Notes: a model not told the origin generated them from the letters alone. Numbered from the stretch's first letter, positions 10,241-20,066 are shown. The stretch is DNA of 32,000 nt from Fastidiosibacter lacustris (GCF_003428155.1 NZ_QLIR01000001.1:1-32000); one strand, 5' to 3'. Translations and numbers: made by a program.

Positions 10241-11327
10241 AAGAATGGGTGACTACATTCGCAAAGTAGACAACCGAAACAAAGATGTTCTCGTTACCGA
10301 TCCTGTTTTTGAGATAGTCGATCACAATAAGGTACATCCCGAATATTTAATGATGTGGATGCGAAGGAGTGAGTTTGACCGATATGTGTTTTTTCGGTGT
10401 GACAGTGCCATTCGAGGAGGCTTCGGCTGGGAAGAACTATGTGATGTTGCACTCCCCGTGCCGACCATCGAAAAACAGCGGGAGATTGTGCGGGAGTACT
10501 ACACCATTGTTGACCGGATTAAGTTAAACGAACAACTCAACCAGAAGCTGGAAGAAACGGCACAGGCTATCTACAAGCAGTGGTTCGTCGATTTTGAATT
10601 TCCCATGTCTAAAGAGCATGCCGCCAAAATCGGCAAGCCGGAACTGGAAGGCAAACCCTACAAATCCAGCGGCGGCAAAATGGTTTGGAATGATGAATTG
10701 GATCAGGAGATTCCGGAGGGGTGGGAAAATGGAACAGTTGAATCATTTTCTGAATTAATCGACGGTGATAGGGGGAAAAGCTACCCCAGTCAGGGTGATT
10801 TTTTTGAAGAAGGACACTGTCTGTTTCTAAATACTGGCAATGTTACAAAAAGTGGGTTTGATTTTTCTTCTACTAGTTTCATAACTGCAGAGAAGAATAA
10901 TGCCCTAAGAAAAGGAAAGCTAAAGCGATATGACTCAGTTCTCACAACGTGTGGAACAGTTGGCAACTGTGCCTACTTCAGCGATGAAGTTGAGTATGAT
11001 CATTTAAGAATCAATTCAGGAATGATTATTATTCGTTCTCTTGATGTGGCTAAATATAAAGTATTCAACTATCAGCTACTAAAGAGCCCAATGATGAAAA
11101 ATGCGATATCCAGCTTTCTGTCGGGTTCGGCACAGCCACAACTCCCCATCAAAGACATTAGAAGAATCAACATTTTGAAGCCTGTGGATGCTTATATTGA
11201 AAAATCAATGGAGTTGATTGAGCCTCTTCAGAAAAATATTGATGGCAACAATAAGAATATTAGAAAATCAAAAGAGTTGTTATCGCTTCTTCTTTCCAAA
11301 ATGACAAAAGCGGAGGCAATTGCATGA
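10224..11327 (+). CDS. hsdS: Type I restriction specificity subunit HsdS, apparently with a shortened TRD1
   Basis: MRSSYKRMGDYIRKVDNRNKD, LPVPTIEKQREIVREY, RSKELLSLLLSKM; overlaps hsdM. The ORF track start is 10203 and the conserved start is 10224. Confidence 0.85.
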   Translation: MRSSYKRMGDYIRKVDNRNKDVLVTDPVFEIVDHNKVHPEYLMMWMRRSEFDRYVFFRCDSAIRGGFGWEELCDVALPVPTIEKQREIVREYYTIVDRIKLNEQLNQKLEETAQAIYKQWFVDFEFPMSKEHAAKIGKPELEGKPYKSSGGKMVWNDELDQEIPEGWENGTVESFSELIDGDRGKSYPSQGDFFEEGHCLFLNTGNVTKSGFDFSSTSFITAEKNNALRKGKLKRYDSVLTTCGTVGNCAYFSDEVEYDHLRINSGMIIIRSLDVAKYKVFNYQLLKSPMMKNAISSFLSGSAQPQLPIKDIRRINILKPVDAYIEKSMELIEPLQKNIDGNNKNIRKSKELLSLLLSKMTKAEAIA

Positions 11328-11464
11328 CGATTGCCGCCGGAACCATCAATTACCAATTAGGGACCGCACCGGTCACCGGATGCGGCTTCTCTTATTCTGC
11401 CGATGAGTTTGATACTGCATTGTCAGGTTCTGTCGCAGATTATGGATGGGAGGTTGGATTATGA
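11324..11464 (+). CDS. 46-aa hypothetical micro-ORF linking hsdS and the ATPase gene
   Basis: MTIAAGTINYQLGTAPVTGCGFSYSADEFDTALSGSVADYGWEVGL*. ATGA overlap with the hsdS stop (11324-11327) and with the next ATG (11461-11464). Confidence 0.5.
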   Translation: MTIAAGTINYQLGTAPVTGCGFSYSADEFDTALSGSVADYGWEVGL

Positions 11465-14016
11465 GCCAGCAATCGAAAACACACGCGAAAGATTACTTGG
11501 TTGATTTTTCACAAGATCAGTGTGACTGGTTAAAGTTGCTTATTTTCGAAGCAGTAAACACCAATGGTAAAATATCTGACGGAAAATTGGACGAGATTTA
11601 TTCCAACCTTAAAAGCGGGACAGCAGTTCAACAGCCGAGCCTCAACACACGTTCTGCATCGAACACTCAGATCATTTCAATAAAGAAGTTGGAACACATT
11701 AGTGGCGTTAATGCGCTGGCAGCCAACCAAACCATAAAATTCAGTGAACATGTAACCGTTCTTTACGGGCTAAATGGTGCAGGAAAAAGTAGCTATTTCA
11801 AGGTACTTAATGAGATTGTTGGAGGGAATGAACAAAAGGAGCTTCTGTCTAATATCCACGCAGATCAAAATCAATCAATTCAAGTAAAGCTGACCTACAA
11901 TAATGGCAGTAGCAAGGACTTGAATTTTGATAACACCCAAAGAGGTTTTGATGATCTGTTAAGGTGCAAGGTCTTTGATTCTTCTTATCTGGCGGGTCTG
12001 CTTTCGCAGCGCACTCAAGACGAAACTGTTTTAGAACCGTTGGGATTACATATTTTTAAATACATTGCTGACAAAATTGATGCGTTTAAGCTTCGGTTGA
12101 GAAACGATGCCGACCGATTAAAAGGAAGTAAACCATCAATCTCTCTTGAAAATGTCTCTGATCAATTAAAGGGTGAATTTGAGGCACATAATCTGTCAGA
12201 AGCATCAATTTCCTCAATGCGCAAGAAGTTTGTATTCACGGAGGAACAAGAAAAACAGCTTAAAGAAAAAACAAGCGAACGAACAACTCTGAGGCAAACC
12301 AATTATGCAGACCGCATTACTCTCTTGGAAATAGAGAATAAGGAAGTTAGACAGATTTATAATTGCCTGAAAAAGAAAAAACAGCTGGAGACGAAAGCTT
12401 TATATCTTCACGAATTACTGAAAAATAAAAGGGATAAGGAAAGTGCTAATAAGCAGGCATTGGAGAAGATCGCTATCCTCAAAGAGCTCCCTTTCTCGGG
12501 ATCTGCGGAGTGGAAAGGTTTTATTTCAGCCGGAGCGAAGCTAAAACAAAAGAGCAACACGGGCGGAGCAAACTGCATTTACTGCAATCAGCCATTACAA
12601 GATGATGCGCTCAGATTAGTTCAGGCATATTCGGAATATTTAGGAGATAAAACCGAGAGCGAATTAAAAAAAGCAACGGATGACTTAACCAAAGCCAAGG
12701 GGGAGGTTAATGCCATAGCGGTTTCGCTAAATGTTTCTGATAATTTCAGCCAGAAATACAAAGAGGCTCTTCTTGAGAACACCGGAACTTCGTTGACCAT
12801 CGCACTAGATGAAGCTCAAAGATCTCTTGAAGGCTTAAAATCTCATTTAATTGATTTGATTGATGGACAGATGCAAGAGCAACCCCGTGTTGAGGTAGCT
12901 CCCCAACTCTGTCTTTGGCTTGTTAGTAAGTATAAAGAAAATGCTCGAACTATTAGAACACTCAAGGCGGATGACACTCAAAAGAACGAAAAGATTAAAA
13001 CCTTGGAGAATGAGCTCAAAGTTCTCATGGAAAACGAATCCGTCTCTACGCAACAAGCAGAAATTGAGAGTTGGCTGAAGATCGATAAGGAAGAGAAGCT
13101 TCTAAGGGAAAAAGAATCCGAGATAAACACCAATTCCGTTACTCGCCTTTCAAATACAGCACATGACGAGCTATTAACCTCTGAATTGAACAAAGCCTTC
13201 AAAAATGAGCTTGATCAGCTCGGTTATAAAAACCTAGAAGTGAATTTAGTCAAAGCCGAAGGGGGCAAGGGCTCCAGTTCGACCAAGCTGATTCTTGAAA
13301 ACAGCGATTCCATTCATAGCATCCTGAGTGAAGGAGAACAAAAGGCAGTTGGCTTGGCTCTATTTATTGCAGAAGCAGTTGTTCAAAAATCGAAAGCACC
13401 GATAATTTTGGATGATCCGGTAAACAGTCTGGATCATAAGATTGCCGCCAATTTCGCAAACAGACTTCTTGCGCTAGATAATCAGCTCATAATCTTCAAT
13501 CACAATAGATTGTTTCAGGATGCCTTTGAAACTGCTAAGGCTGGGCATATATGCAAAACTGTCGACTCCGCCTGCAATAAACAGGGCAAGCATATTCTGG
13601 TTTACACTGTAAGCTCTGAGGGAAAGTCACGAAAAGGGGTTCTAAGCTTCTATCGTACCAACACCTTCAACGATCACATTGGTGAAGCAAAGCAAGAGCT
13701 ACAAAAATCACCCTTTACAGAGCATTCAAAAGTATCCGCCATACTGCGAAAAGCTGTGGAGTGTCTGGTTGATGAAACCGTTTTAAACGGTGTTACGCCA
13801 ACAAAGTATAGTAACAAGAATAGCAGGATTCCTTGGGATAAACTCACAGGCTTGAATTGTTCTTCTGAAAATATTGAGAAGATGAGAAAAGTCCACGATC
13901 GTGTTTCTGGAGGCGATCTACACAACGGCACAGAGTCGGAAAACAATCCTATTGATGTTGAGGAGTTTAACCGATTGGTCTCTGATTTGGAAAACGTCAC
14001 AGGAGGTGACTCATGA
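11461..14016 (+). CDS. RloC/PrrC-like AAA_13 ATPase with zinc-hook-like CXXC and candidate C-terminal nuclease domain
   Basis: Walker A GLNGAGKS (11767-11790), CIYC in a coiled coil (12574-12585), signature LSEGEQKAVGLALF, Walker B PIILDDPVNSLDH, C-terminal RKAVE (13747-13761) and DLHNGTE (His at 13921). The track start is 11446; the ATGA-coupled start is 11461. Confidence 0.8.
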   Translation: MSQQSKTHAKDYLVDFSQDQCDWLKLLIFEAVNTNGKISDGKLDEIYSNLKSGTAVQQPSLNTRSASNTQIISIKKLEHISGVNALAANQTIKFSEHVTVLYGLNGAGKSSYFKVLNEIVGGNEQKELLSNIHADQNQSIQVKLTYNNGSSKDLNFDNTQRGFDDLLRCKVFDSSYLAGLLSQRTQDETVLEPLGLHIFKYIADKIDAFKLRLRNDADRLKGSKPSISLENVSDQLKGEFEAHNLSEASISSMRKKFVFTEEQEKQLKEKTSERTTLRQTNYADRITLLEIENKEVRQIYNCLKKKKQLETKALYLHELLKNKRDKESANKQALEKIAILKELPFSGSAEWKGFISAGAKLKQKSNTGGANCIYCNQPLQDDALRLVQAYSEYLGDKTESELKKATDDLTKAKGEVNAIAVSLNVSDNFSQKYKEALLENTGTSLTIALDEAQRSLEGLKSHLIDLIDGQMQEQPRVEVAPQLCLWLVSKYKENARTIRTLKADDTQKNEKIKTLENELKVLMENESVSTQQAEIESWLKIDKEEKLLREKESEINTNSVTRLSNTAHDELLTSELNKAFKNELDQLGYKNLEVNLVKAEGGKGSSSTKLILENSDSIHSILSEGEQKAVGLALFIAEAVVQKSKAPIILDDPVNSLDHKIAANFANRLLALDNQLIIFNHNRLFQDAFETAKAGHICKTVDSACNKQGKHILVYTVSSEGKSRKGVLSFYRTNTFNDHIGEAKQELQKSPFTEHSKVSAILRKAVECLVDETVLNGVTPTKYSNKNSRIPWDKLTGLNCSSENIEKMRKVHDRVSGGDLHNGTESENNPIDVEEFNRLVSDLENVTGGDS

Positions 14017-15440
14017 TCCCCTTCCACCCCTACGAAGACGAATGCACTGAATTCAAGCGGGAACTCACCGATACGCTGGAAAAGGAAGTCGTGGCATTTC
14101 TCAATTCCGCCAAGGGCGGGGACATCTATATCGGGGTGGAGGACGATGGCACGGTGGTTGGCGTTGACAATCCGGACAAGTTGCAATTGGCGATTATTGA
14201 TCGGATCAAAAACAATATTTTGCCGACGACCCTTGGCTTTTTTGATGTGGTTACACAGGAGATTGACGGCAAGCCGGTCATTAAGGTGATTGTTACCCGT
14301 GGACTCGAAAAACCGTATTACCTGAAAAAATACGGTATGTCTCCCGCCGGGGCGCACATTCGGGTGGGCACGGGAACGCAGCCGCTGACCACCGAGATGA
14401 TCGACCGCTTATATGCCACCCGCACGCGGGATTCGTTGCGCAATATCCCCTCGCCGCGAAAGAACCTGAGTTTTCATCAGTTCAAAATCTATTACGATGA
14501 GAAGGGTTTTACGGTAAACGATTCATTCCTTGAAAACCTCGACCTCTATGCCCCAAACGGCGAGCTGAATTATGTGGCATACCTTTTGGCGGATCAAAAC
14601 AGCGTCTCCATTAAAGTCGCCAAGTTTGCGGGACCAGACAAACTTGATTTGATTGAAAACGAGGAATATGGCTATTGTTCGCTCATCAAGGCGACTGAGC
14701 GGGTTCTGGATAAGCTGGAAATTGAAAACAGGACTTTTGCCAAAGTAACGGGCGCCGCCAGAAGGCTAGAGAAAAATATGATTGATAAAGCGGCACTGCG
14801 TGAAGCATTTATCAATGCCATCGTTCATAACGACTATACGCGGGAAATGACTCCGGTGGTGGAGATTTACTCAGACCGTCTTGCGATTGTTTCTTATGGT
14901 GGATTGGTGCAGGGATTATCCCAGGAAGACTTTTTTGCCGGGCGATCCATGATACGCAATCGTGAGTTGATGCGGGTTTATCGGGATCTGGATCTGGTGG
15001 AGCAATTAGGTTCGGGCATGGGTAAAATCCTTCGTGCTTACTCAAAGGATGTTTTTCGTCTCAGTGAGAATTTCGTAGAGCTTTGTTTCGAGTACGAAGA
15101 GGGATATCTGGAATCTCTAAAGGATGGAGAAAAGAGGGGTGAAAAAACGCGGGTCGAAACGCGGGTGAAAACGTCGGAAAAGAGTTCGGAAAACGCCGAT
15201 GTTTTTCGGAATGATTTCGGAATTATTTCGGAAAGAGTTCGGAAGGAGCTCGGAAGCAACGTAGCGAAGACCTTTGAGATGATCTATCAACACCCTGACC
15301 ATAGCGCTGAGGAGATTGCGGCGGAACTTGGTAAAACAGCTCGGACGATTGAAAACCACATAGCCAAACTCAAAGAAGATGGCGTGATTGTTAGGAAAGG
15401 TCCCAAATTAGGCGGCCACTGGGAGGTTGTAGATGAGTAA
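14013..15440 (+). CDS. AlbA_2 (Schlafen-like) domain, ATP-binding/HTH protein
   Basis: [41 protein letters not shown] at the N-terminus, [13 protein letters not shown] in the middle, C-terminal winged helix ([33 protein letters not shown]). Confidence 0.85.
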   Translation: MIPFHPYEDECTEFKRELTDTLEKEVVAFLNSAKGGDIYIGVEDDGTVVGVDNPDKLQLAIIDRIKNNILPTTLGFFDVVTQEIDGKPVIKVIVTRGLEKPYYLKKYGMSPAGAHIRVGTGTQPLTTEMIDRLYATRTRDSLRNIPSPRKNLSFHQFKIYYDEKGFTVNDSFLENLDLYAPNGELNYVAYLLADQNSVSIKVAKFAGPDKLDLIENEEYGYCSLIKATERVLDKLEIENRTFAKVTGAARRLEKNMIDKAALREAFINAIVHNDYTREMTPVVEIYSDRLAIVSYGGLVQGLSQEDFFAGRSMIRNRELMRVYRDLDLVEQLGSGMGKILRAYSKDVFRLSENFVELCFEYEEGYLESLKDGEKRGEKTRVETRVKTSEKSSENADVFRNDFGIISERVRKELGSNVAKTFEMIYQHPDHSAEEIAAELGKTARTIENHIAKLKEDGVIVRKGPKLGGHWEVVDE

Positions 15441-17061
15441 GTTCACCGAAGCCAAACTGGAAGCAGCCATTATCGAGCTCTTACAGCTTGAAGGCTATGA
15501 ATATGTAAGCGGGGAAACCATAACTCGCCCTGAAAATGAAGTCTTACTCAAAGACGATCTGCGCAGCTATCTTTCAAGGCGTTATGCAACAGACCAGATA
15601 ACCATCGGTGAAATTGACTCGATCGTTCGCAAGCTGGAGGTCTTTTCCGCATCTGATCTTTATGAAAGTAACAAAGCCATCATGAAGATGGTCTCTGATG
15701 GCTTTTTGTTGAAGCGTGAAGACCGCAGCAAAAAAGATCTGTATATCCAGTTGCTGGATTATCGGGATCTTCCCGAACTGCGTGAGCCGAAGCCGACGGA
15801 GGTCGAAACCGTCGTTGCCGAGGAAGTTGCCCCTTATAACGCCACCCAAAACATCTATAAGGTGGTGAATCAGTTTGAAATCCTTGGATACGAAAAACGG
15901 ATACCTGACGGCATTATATACATCAACGGTTTGCCCTTGGTGGTTTTTGAATTCAAAAGCGCCATTCGTGAAGAAGCAACCATCCACGATGCCTATGTTC
16001 AGCTGACAACCCGGTACCGCCGGGATATTCCAGAGCTGTTTAAATACAACGCGATTTGTGTGATTAGCAACGGTGTCAATAATAAGGCCGGTTCTTTCTT
16101 TGCCCCGTATGAGTTTTTCTACGCGTGGCGTAAAACCGATGGCGCAGACCTTGTTGAGAAAGATGGCATTGATTCCCTCTACACCATGGTTAAAGGGATG
16201 TTCAACCTGCATCGGATCAGGGACATTATCCGAAACAGCATCCTGGCTCTGGACAAAGAACTGCAGGTGACCCCACTGCAGTACACCATCCAAAGTGGCC
16301 TCCAGAACGATCAGATCACCGATGGTCAACTCAGAAGCGGTGACGGATTCACGCTGACCAACACATCAGTCGAAACCCACAATGCCTTAATCCATTCCAT
16401 GGTCACCTATGATCTGCTTGGGAAAATTGCCGAAAACACTCAACTGACAAGAAAGACCGTAGCCGAGATATTGCGCGGCGTTCAGACGGCGGTTTTCAAG
16501 CAATTCAAACAGAACCCGGAGCATTTCATCGCCGAAGGCTCACGGCTTATCAATGAGCAGAAGGCCACGATCATCATCAAGCGGCTGAGCTACGACAACA
16601 TTGCCGAGACCCACGATATCGATATTTTCACCGCAGGCCAAAGCAAGCAGGACTTCACCAAGGCGAGCGAGAAGCTGAAGAACCACATCTATGACTACGT
16701 GATTACCGACTCCAAGGTTGAGCGGGAGTTTGTGAAAGAGCTGGATACCAGCACCGAGGTGGTCGTCTATGCAAAGCTCCCCAGAGGCTTCCTGATTCCA
16801 ACTCCCGTCGGCGACTACAACCCGGACTGGGCCATTTCCTTCAAAGAAGGTTCGGTCAAGCACATCTATTTCGTCGCCGAGACCAAGGGCTCCATGTCCA
16901 GCATGGAGCTTCGGGCAATCGAACAAACCAAAATCGAATGCGCCCGCAAGTTCTTCGCGGAGGTCAACCGCAAGATTGATCCCGAACACGTGAAATACGA
17001 CGTGGTAACTAGCTACGGGAAACTGATGGAGATTGTCGGCATGGGAGGGGCAAAAGCATGA
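15433..17061 (+). CDS. Chimeric restriction subunit: HsdR N-terminal nuclease joined to a type III Res C-terminal nuclease, no helicase core
   Basis: N-terminal type I R-subunit sequence ([63 protein letters not shown]). C-terminal Res-like sequence ([18 protein letters not shown]..., [49 protein letters not shown]-type). No Walker A/DEAD motifs between. Confidence 0.8.
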   Translation: MSKFTEAKLEAAIIELLQLEGYEYVSGETITRPENEVLLKDDLRSYLSRRYATDQITIGEIDSIVRKLEVFSASDLYESNKAIMKMVSDGFLLKREDRSKKDLYIQLLDYRDLPELREPKPTEVETVVAEEVAPYNATQNIYKVVNQFEILGYEKRIPDGIIYINGLPLVVFEFKSAIREEATIHDAYVQLTTRYRRDIPELFKYNAICVISNGVNNKAGSFFAPYEFFYAWRKTDGADLVEKDGIDSLYTMVKGMFNLHRIRDIIRNSILALDKELQVTPLQYTIQSGLQNDQITDGQLRSGDGFTLTNTSVETHNALIHSMVTYDLLGKIAENTQLTRKTVAEILRGVQTAVFKQFKQNPEHFIAEGSRLINEQKATIIIKRLSYDNIAETHDIDIFTAGQSKQDFTKASEKLKNHIYDYVITDSKVEREFVKELDTSTEVVVYAKLPRGFLIPTPVGDYNPDWAISFKEGSVKHIYFVAETKGSMSSMELRAIEQTKIECARKFFAEVNRKIDPEHVKYDVVTSYGKLMEIVGMGGAKA

Positions 17062-19635
17062 ATGAGTTTTCGGCATCACTGACCAAATGGTTTTCAGAGC
17101 GCCCCCAGTGGCTCCAGATCGCGGCTACTCGGCTACTCCAGCAGTCTGAGCTTACCGACAAAGATGTCTCTGAGCTCGCAACCCTATGCCAGCAGGAAGC
17201 CGAAGGTAAGCTGCCCAAAACGACCTGTTCCTTTCCTGCTACCGCGTTCTCCCCGGGCGCAGCAGGCTCCCTGCGTTTGTGTTCAATCAGTGATGTCGAA
17301 GGAGTAAACGCCCTTGCTCCGAAAAAGCCACTTGAGTTTGGCAAGGGCAATATCACGATTGTTTATGGCAACAACGGGTCAGGCAAATCCGGTTACGTCA
17401 GACTCCTCAAACATGTATGCGGAGCCCGCGAGACGGGTACCCTCCACCGCAATGTCTATAAGCCCGGCGCTGCCGCACAGAAAGCCTGCATTTCGTTTGA
17501 GCAGGACGGCGTACCGAAGACTCATACCTGGTCTGGGCAAGGTATCTGCGATGACCTCAACAGCGTTGATATTTTCGACACCTCGTTTGGCAAGGTGTTT
17601 GTCAGCAGCGAAGACGAGGTGAGCTACGAGCCGCCGGTATTATCCTTTTTCAGCTTGCTCATCCTCGCATGCGAAAAGGTCGCATCGGCCTTGGACACCG
17701 AGGCCAACCGGCACCAGTCAAAAAAACCGAATATCCCGGCTGACAAGAAGGTAACTCCTGAAGGCATCTGGTACGAAGCCATCAGCGCCAAGACCAGCAC
17801 CCAGGACATCGACAAGTATTGCGCATTTGGCAGTGCTGACGAAACCGAGATGCAAACGCTGCAGCAGCGCCTTGCCGAACAGGCACCGGCAGAAAAAGCG
17901 AAGCAGCTGAGAAAGCAGAAGCAGCATATCGACACTCTGATCCAGGATGCCCAAAAGTATCTGCAGCAATTATCGGACGAGAATTACCGGCGGATCATTG
18001 CTGCTAAGAAGAAGTCGATTCTCAAAAAGGCAGCGGCAGATACGGCGGCGGAAAAGGTGTTCTCCGGCAGCGAGCTGGAAGGAATCGGCTCTGATGTCTG
18101 GAAAGAACTTTGGGAAGCGGCCCGGAACTACTCCGTCTCGGCTGTCTACAAAGAAACCGAGTACCCGAATGTTTCTGATGGTTCCCGTTGTGTCCTGTGT
18201 CACCAGCCCTTGACCCAGGAGGCCAAGGAGCGGTTGATCTCCTTCGAAAACTTCGTGAAGGGCGAAATGCAGAAAGCCGCAACGGATGCGGCCAAGGAAT
18301 ACGAGACCGCCAATCAAACTATCGAGGCGCTACCGACATCGGAGACGCTGAAGGCACGTATCGATGCGGCTGGTATTCCACAGGATGAAGTCGCCAGCCA
18401 GGTGACGGATTTCTTTGCCCAATTGCAGGCCAGAAAAGACCTGCTCCCTGGGATCGATTCCGAAGAAGCCATTCCCGACCCTCTGCTCTCACCGAAATGG
18501 ATCGAAGAAGCCAACGCCCAGTCGAAGAGCCTCGGTGAACTCGCGGCAAAATATGACGAAGACGCCAAAAGCGATAATCTTGAGGAGATCAAGAAGAAGC
18601 TAAACAGCCTGCAGACCAGAAAGTGGTTGTCTGAACGCCGCGCCGCCATTGATGAAGAAGTCACCCGATTGAAGCTGCTGAATCAGATTCAGGAAGCCAA
18701 GAAGTCGACCAACACCAAAGCCCTATCCCAGAAGAAAGGGGAGCTGGCAGAAGCCTTGATCACGGATGCGTTCGTGCAAAGGTTCAATGCAGAGCTCAAG
18801 GCCCTGGGCGCGTCTCGGGTGAAAGTCGAGCTCGTGAAGTCAAAAGTCTCGAAAGGCCGCGTCCTTCATAAGCTCCAGCTTCGAGGGGCTTCTCAGAATG
18901 GGCTCGCCGATGTGCTGAGCGAGGGAGAAAATCGGATCGTTTCCATTGCGGCTTTCTTAGCCGACGTCACCGGCAAGAGCAACCAGGCTCCGTTTATCTT
19001 TGACGATCCAATATCCTCGTTGGACCAAAGCTATGAGGAGGCCGTGGTTCAAAGACTGATCGAGTTGTCTCAGGAAAAACAGGTCATAGTCTTTACTCAC
19101 CGCCTGTCCTTGCTGGGAACGGTCCGGCATTTTGCCGAGAAAAAGACCATCAAGCCCGATGTGGTGAGCATTCGCTCTGCGGACTGGGGGGACCGGAGAG
19201 CCCGCGCCCATTCCACTTTCACAGAGCGACATCAAATCCGCCCTGAACACACTCATGAATCAGCGGTATCAGGATGCAAAGAAGGCGAGTGAAAACGGCG
19301 AGTTTGAACATGCCGAAATCTTGCTGAAGTCGATATGTAGCGACTTCAGGACATTGGTGGAGCGCTCTATTGAAAATGATCTGCTGTGCGGAGTGGTTCA
19401 AAGATTCCAACGACCGGTCCATACGTTGAAGCTCAAGGATCTGGCCAAATTGAAGGACGCGGATTGCAATCTCCTTGATTCGCTCATGACCAAATACTCC
19501 GGGTTCGAACACTCACAGCCAGCAGAATCACCAGTGGAGCTGCCGAAGCCAGACGAGCTTCTGGGCGACATGACTTCGCTAAAAAACTGGCGTGAAGAAT
19601 ACGCGAAGCGCCCCGCCTCTGCGGTGGCCGGGTAA
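17058..19635 (+). pseudogene. Second RloC/PrrC-like AAA_13 ATPase, frameshifted at a G6 tract (19186-19191)
   Basis: Walker A GNNGSGKS (17367-17390), CVLC (18189-18200), LSEGENRIVSIAAF, FIFDDPISSLDQ, VIVFTHR. Removing one G makes the C-terminal reading ...SADWGTGEPAPIPLSQSDIKSALNTLMNQRYQDAKKASENGEFEHAE..., which continues to 19635. Confidence 0.75.
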
Positions 19636-19639
19636 CAGT

Positions 19640-19957
19640 ATGAAAGTTCTTCATACATCCGACTGGCATATCGGCCGCACCCTTTACGGCAGAAAACGCT
19701 ACGAGGAATTCTCTGCGTTTCTGGATTGGCTGACCCAGACCATTGAAGATGAAACCGCGTGGTTGACCCAGGCACACATGGCAGAACTATTTCAGGTGAA
19801 ACCGCAAAATATTACCATGCACCTGAAAAACATCTATGCTGAGGGGGAATTGGCGGAAGAGTCAACTTGTAAGGAGTTCTTACAAGTTCAACAAGAGGGT
19901 GCAAGACAGGTTGAAAGAAAACGGAAATTTTACACTCTGGATGCCATTATAAAGTAA
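19640..19957 (+). pseudogene. Fusion of an SbcD N-terminal fragment to a RhuM-family N-terminal fragment
   Basis: MKVLHTSDWHIGRTLYGRKRYEEFSAFLDWLTQTIED (SbcD-like) continues directly into ETAWLTQAHMAELFQVKPQNITMHLKNIYAEGELAEEST..RKFYTLDAIIK (RhuM-like), then stop. Confidence 0.8.
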
Positions 19958-20066
19958 AGCGCTGCTGAGTAATTTAAATGGTTAACACTAGGTTCTGTGA
20001 AGTTGAGTTGGCTCAAACGAGCGAGCATCTAGATTAGAAGTCCATTTCATCGAGGCACGTATCTTT

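Larger units (their letters stand above)
7883..19957 (+). mobile_element. Putative defence island integrated downstream of ssrA; boundaries approximate
   Basis: Visibly more GC-rich and differently coded than the flanks, only accessory functions, all plus strand, begins at the ssrA 3' end, and ends in a truncated rhuM. No integrase and no repeated att copy seen. Confidence 0.6.

Noticed and set aside
12847-17356. Minus-strand ORFs of 69-251 aa (including 13674-14357 and 15574-16329)
   Set aside because: They are antisense to strongly supported plus-strand genes in GC-richer DNA and lack motifs; long antisense ORFs are expected there.
19186-19191. Programmed -1 ribosomal frameshift at the G6 tract
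   Set aside because: The required shift is +1 (skip one G), and the codons TGG GGG GAC do not form a canonical X XXY YYZ heptamer; only slippage or phase variation remains plausible.
17314-19775. Multiple short ORFs on both strands overlapping the second ATPase gene
   Set aside because: They shadow a clear AAA_13 coding frame and resemble no known family.
19957-20060. Right att site duplicate of the ssrA end
   Set aside because: No match to the tmRNA 3' sequence was found by eye around the right boundary.
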